A DNA stretch of 64,000 bases from Nageia nagi (taxonomy: Eukaryota; Plantae; Pinophyta): the NCBI GenBank assembly GCA_050084985.1, contig JBITNC010000001.1:17980001-18044000 (forward strand), read 5' to 3'. Position 1 is the stretch's first letter; each line of letters starts with the position of its first letter. The notes below the pieces were generated by a model. The model had not been told where the DNA came from. It ran no database searches and was given only the letters and a program-made list of their open reading frames with translations. The translations under genes and the position numbers were made by a program. Shown here piece after piece: positions 62,201-64,000 of this stretch.

Positions 62201-64000
62201 TATTACCAAGAGAACCTATTTGTAATGCTTATAGATAGAGTTTATATGAATCAAGGCCAACAAGACTTGTAAAATTCATAAAGGAATCCATCTAGACAAG
62301 GGATCTTATTATCTATCATTTGAGAAAGAGATTCATTTATCTCTTTAAGGGATATGAGTTTATTGCACTCAACTTGAAGATATGGCAAGAGACGAGATGG
62401 TACAATATCTTTGCATCGTTGTAAAGGTTGAGTCATGTTTGAAGTATAGGGCTAAGTTGCAAACACTTACATGTAGTGATGAATGAAGAAATTTGCTATA
62501 TCTAGAAGAGAAGTTAGTTGGATACCATTCTCATGAATAACTTTGAATTAGGTAGCTTGTCTCTAAGGTCTTAACCTTTGAAAAAAAAATTTAGATACCT
62601 TATCCCTAACCTTGAGCTAGTGCAAACAAGCCTTGATTTGTGCTCCTTTGGCTTCATAGAGTTCTATCAACTGGAGCTCATACTTGATTTACTCAACATG
62701 GGATTGCAGGTGAGAGCTAAAGGGATGGAATATAAGTGAAAAAAATCTTTTATAAGCTCATCTCTTAGAGCGTGGATGGAGTGATAATGAATTTGCATAA
62801 CCTTCTTACCCAACCTATGAAGAAGAGTATACGTACAAAAGATTACATCATTTTACCATGCAATCCATTTCAATTCTCTTGAAGGTTTGGGAACCACATT
62901 CTAAACTCTATGTATATGACATAATATGGCATCAATTTGAAGAAAATATGTATTGGGAAAGAAGTGGGATATATAATATCTTTGTAGAAGGGAGGCTATC
63001 TCAATTATGAATGTAATGGGGGAATGATTAGAGGAGATGAGTCATGGAATAGTCTAGATAAAAGGAGCAAAGGATAAACATCAGGTAAAGGAAACTTCTT
63101 GATTATGGGATAACATTTCATGATCAAAATATTTGAAAACTCTTGCATGGCCAACTTGTAAATTAGACCACGTGTACCATAAGTGTTTTAGGAAGTGCTA
63201 TACCAAAAAGCATGCATTAGGGTATGACAACCTAAGTTTATGCTTCATAAAGAACCATGTTTCACATTCCCTAAGGGCCCATTTATTAAGGGTGAGGTTT
63301 TTTTTTATTAGTTGCATTTTCAACCATATTAAAATCCCCACCCATAAGTCAAACAATTGGTGGAAGGGACAATGCATACCACTTCCATAAAGTGCATCTT
63401 TATAGGGCCTCATCTAAGACATAAATGTTAATTATTCTAAATGACAATCCATCCAATTCAAGCAAAATCCACATCGCTTAATTATTGGGATTCATTCCCC
63501 ATGTAATAAAATTAATTTTTCATCGATTGACTAATAGAATGAGGATGCCACCACTTCCATGGGGATGATTGGTAACGTACATCTAGCTTTTAGGTCAAAG
63601 AAGAGAACATGTTAATTGAAAAGTAGAATCAAATACTTTAACCTCTTACAAACAAACAAATCAATACAATAAAATAACTAAGAGCAAGATATTATTTCAT
63701 ATTAAACCAAGTAACATTGGACTAGATCCATCAACCCTTTGAAAAAATTCATTCATGAGTGTCAAGGAGCATACCTCCATCAAACTCATTAGCAAGCTCC
63801 AAATTACAAAGATACTAGAAAGAGTTAGTAGAGAAACTTTCTTGCTCTTTATTTAAAGGACTAGTGTGTCAAGGCTTACCATATTTAACAAAGGGAATTC
63901 CTCAAGGAGGGCTATGGGAACATAAATCCTATGCTTGAGTGTGCACACCCTCTTCCTTTTCCAACTGCTAAATATTTGTAGAAACCAAAAGAATCCCATC
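59300..64000 (-). mobile_element. Degenerate L1/Tx1-type LINE (ORF2 endonuclease + RT); boundaries approximate
   Basis: GDFNMVE at about 63320-63340; NKIPCLDGFLYEFYKSCWP (62251-62436); NW*PITLLNVNYKIIAKALA at about 62085-62145. Confidence 0.8.

Overview
Plant nuclear DNA, inferred to be gymnosperm-like from the transposon families, AT richness and very long intron. About three quarters of the window is nested transposable elements. There is one recognisable host gene, on the minus strand: a PLP-dependent class I/II aminotransferase of the glutamine transaminase K / kynurenine aminotransferase-like type (Arabidopsis At1g77670 family). Exon 1 is 57744-57505, a 13.36-kb TE-filled intron follows, and exon 2 is 44144-42997 with a 1-nt deficit in the NPTG motif. 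TE content: a decayed Tat/Ogre-like element with a plant mobile domain (PMD) ORF (1-4.9 kb); a full-length degenerate Ty3/gypsy (10902-20798, TSD AAATT) whose 3' LTR is split by an RTE-like LINE; a Reina-like chromovirus (21839-30015, TSD ATTTG) containing a very young gag-only element with identical LTRs (26004-28636, TSD GATTA); a second RTE-like LINE (about 33600-42185); in the intron, an ORF-bearing 6-kb TG..CA element, a SINE and a MITE; a foldback element in the promoter; and an L1-type LINE at the right end. The most striking object is an LTR retroelement at 34107-39989, inserted in the second LINE. Its gag-pol has been replaced by a same-strand, apparently intron-free mosaic of fragments from at least four unrelated host genes (SLH-domain plastid protein, TPLATE-complex TWD40-2, MMS19/MET18, ECA3-type Ca2+-ATPase), placed between a gag start and the integrase chromodomain tail. 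All protein identifications come from recalled motif similarity, not from database searches.
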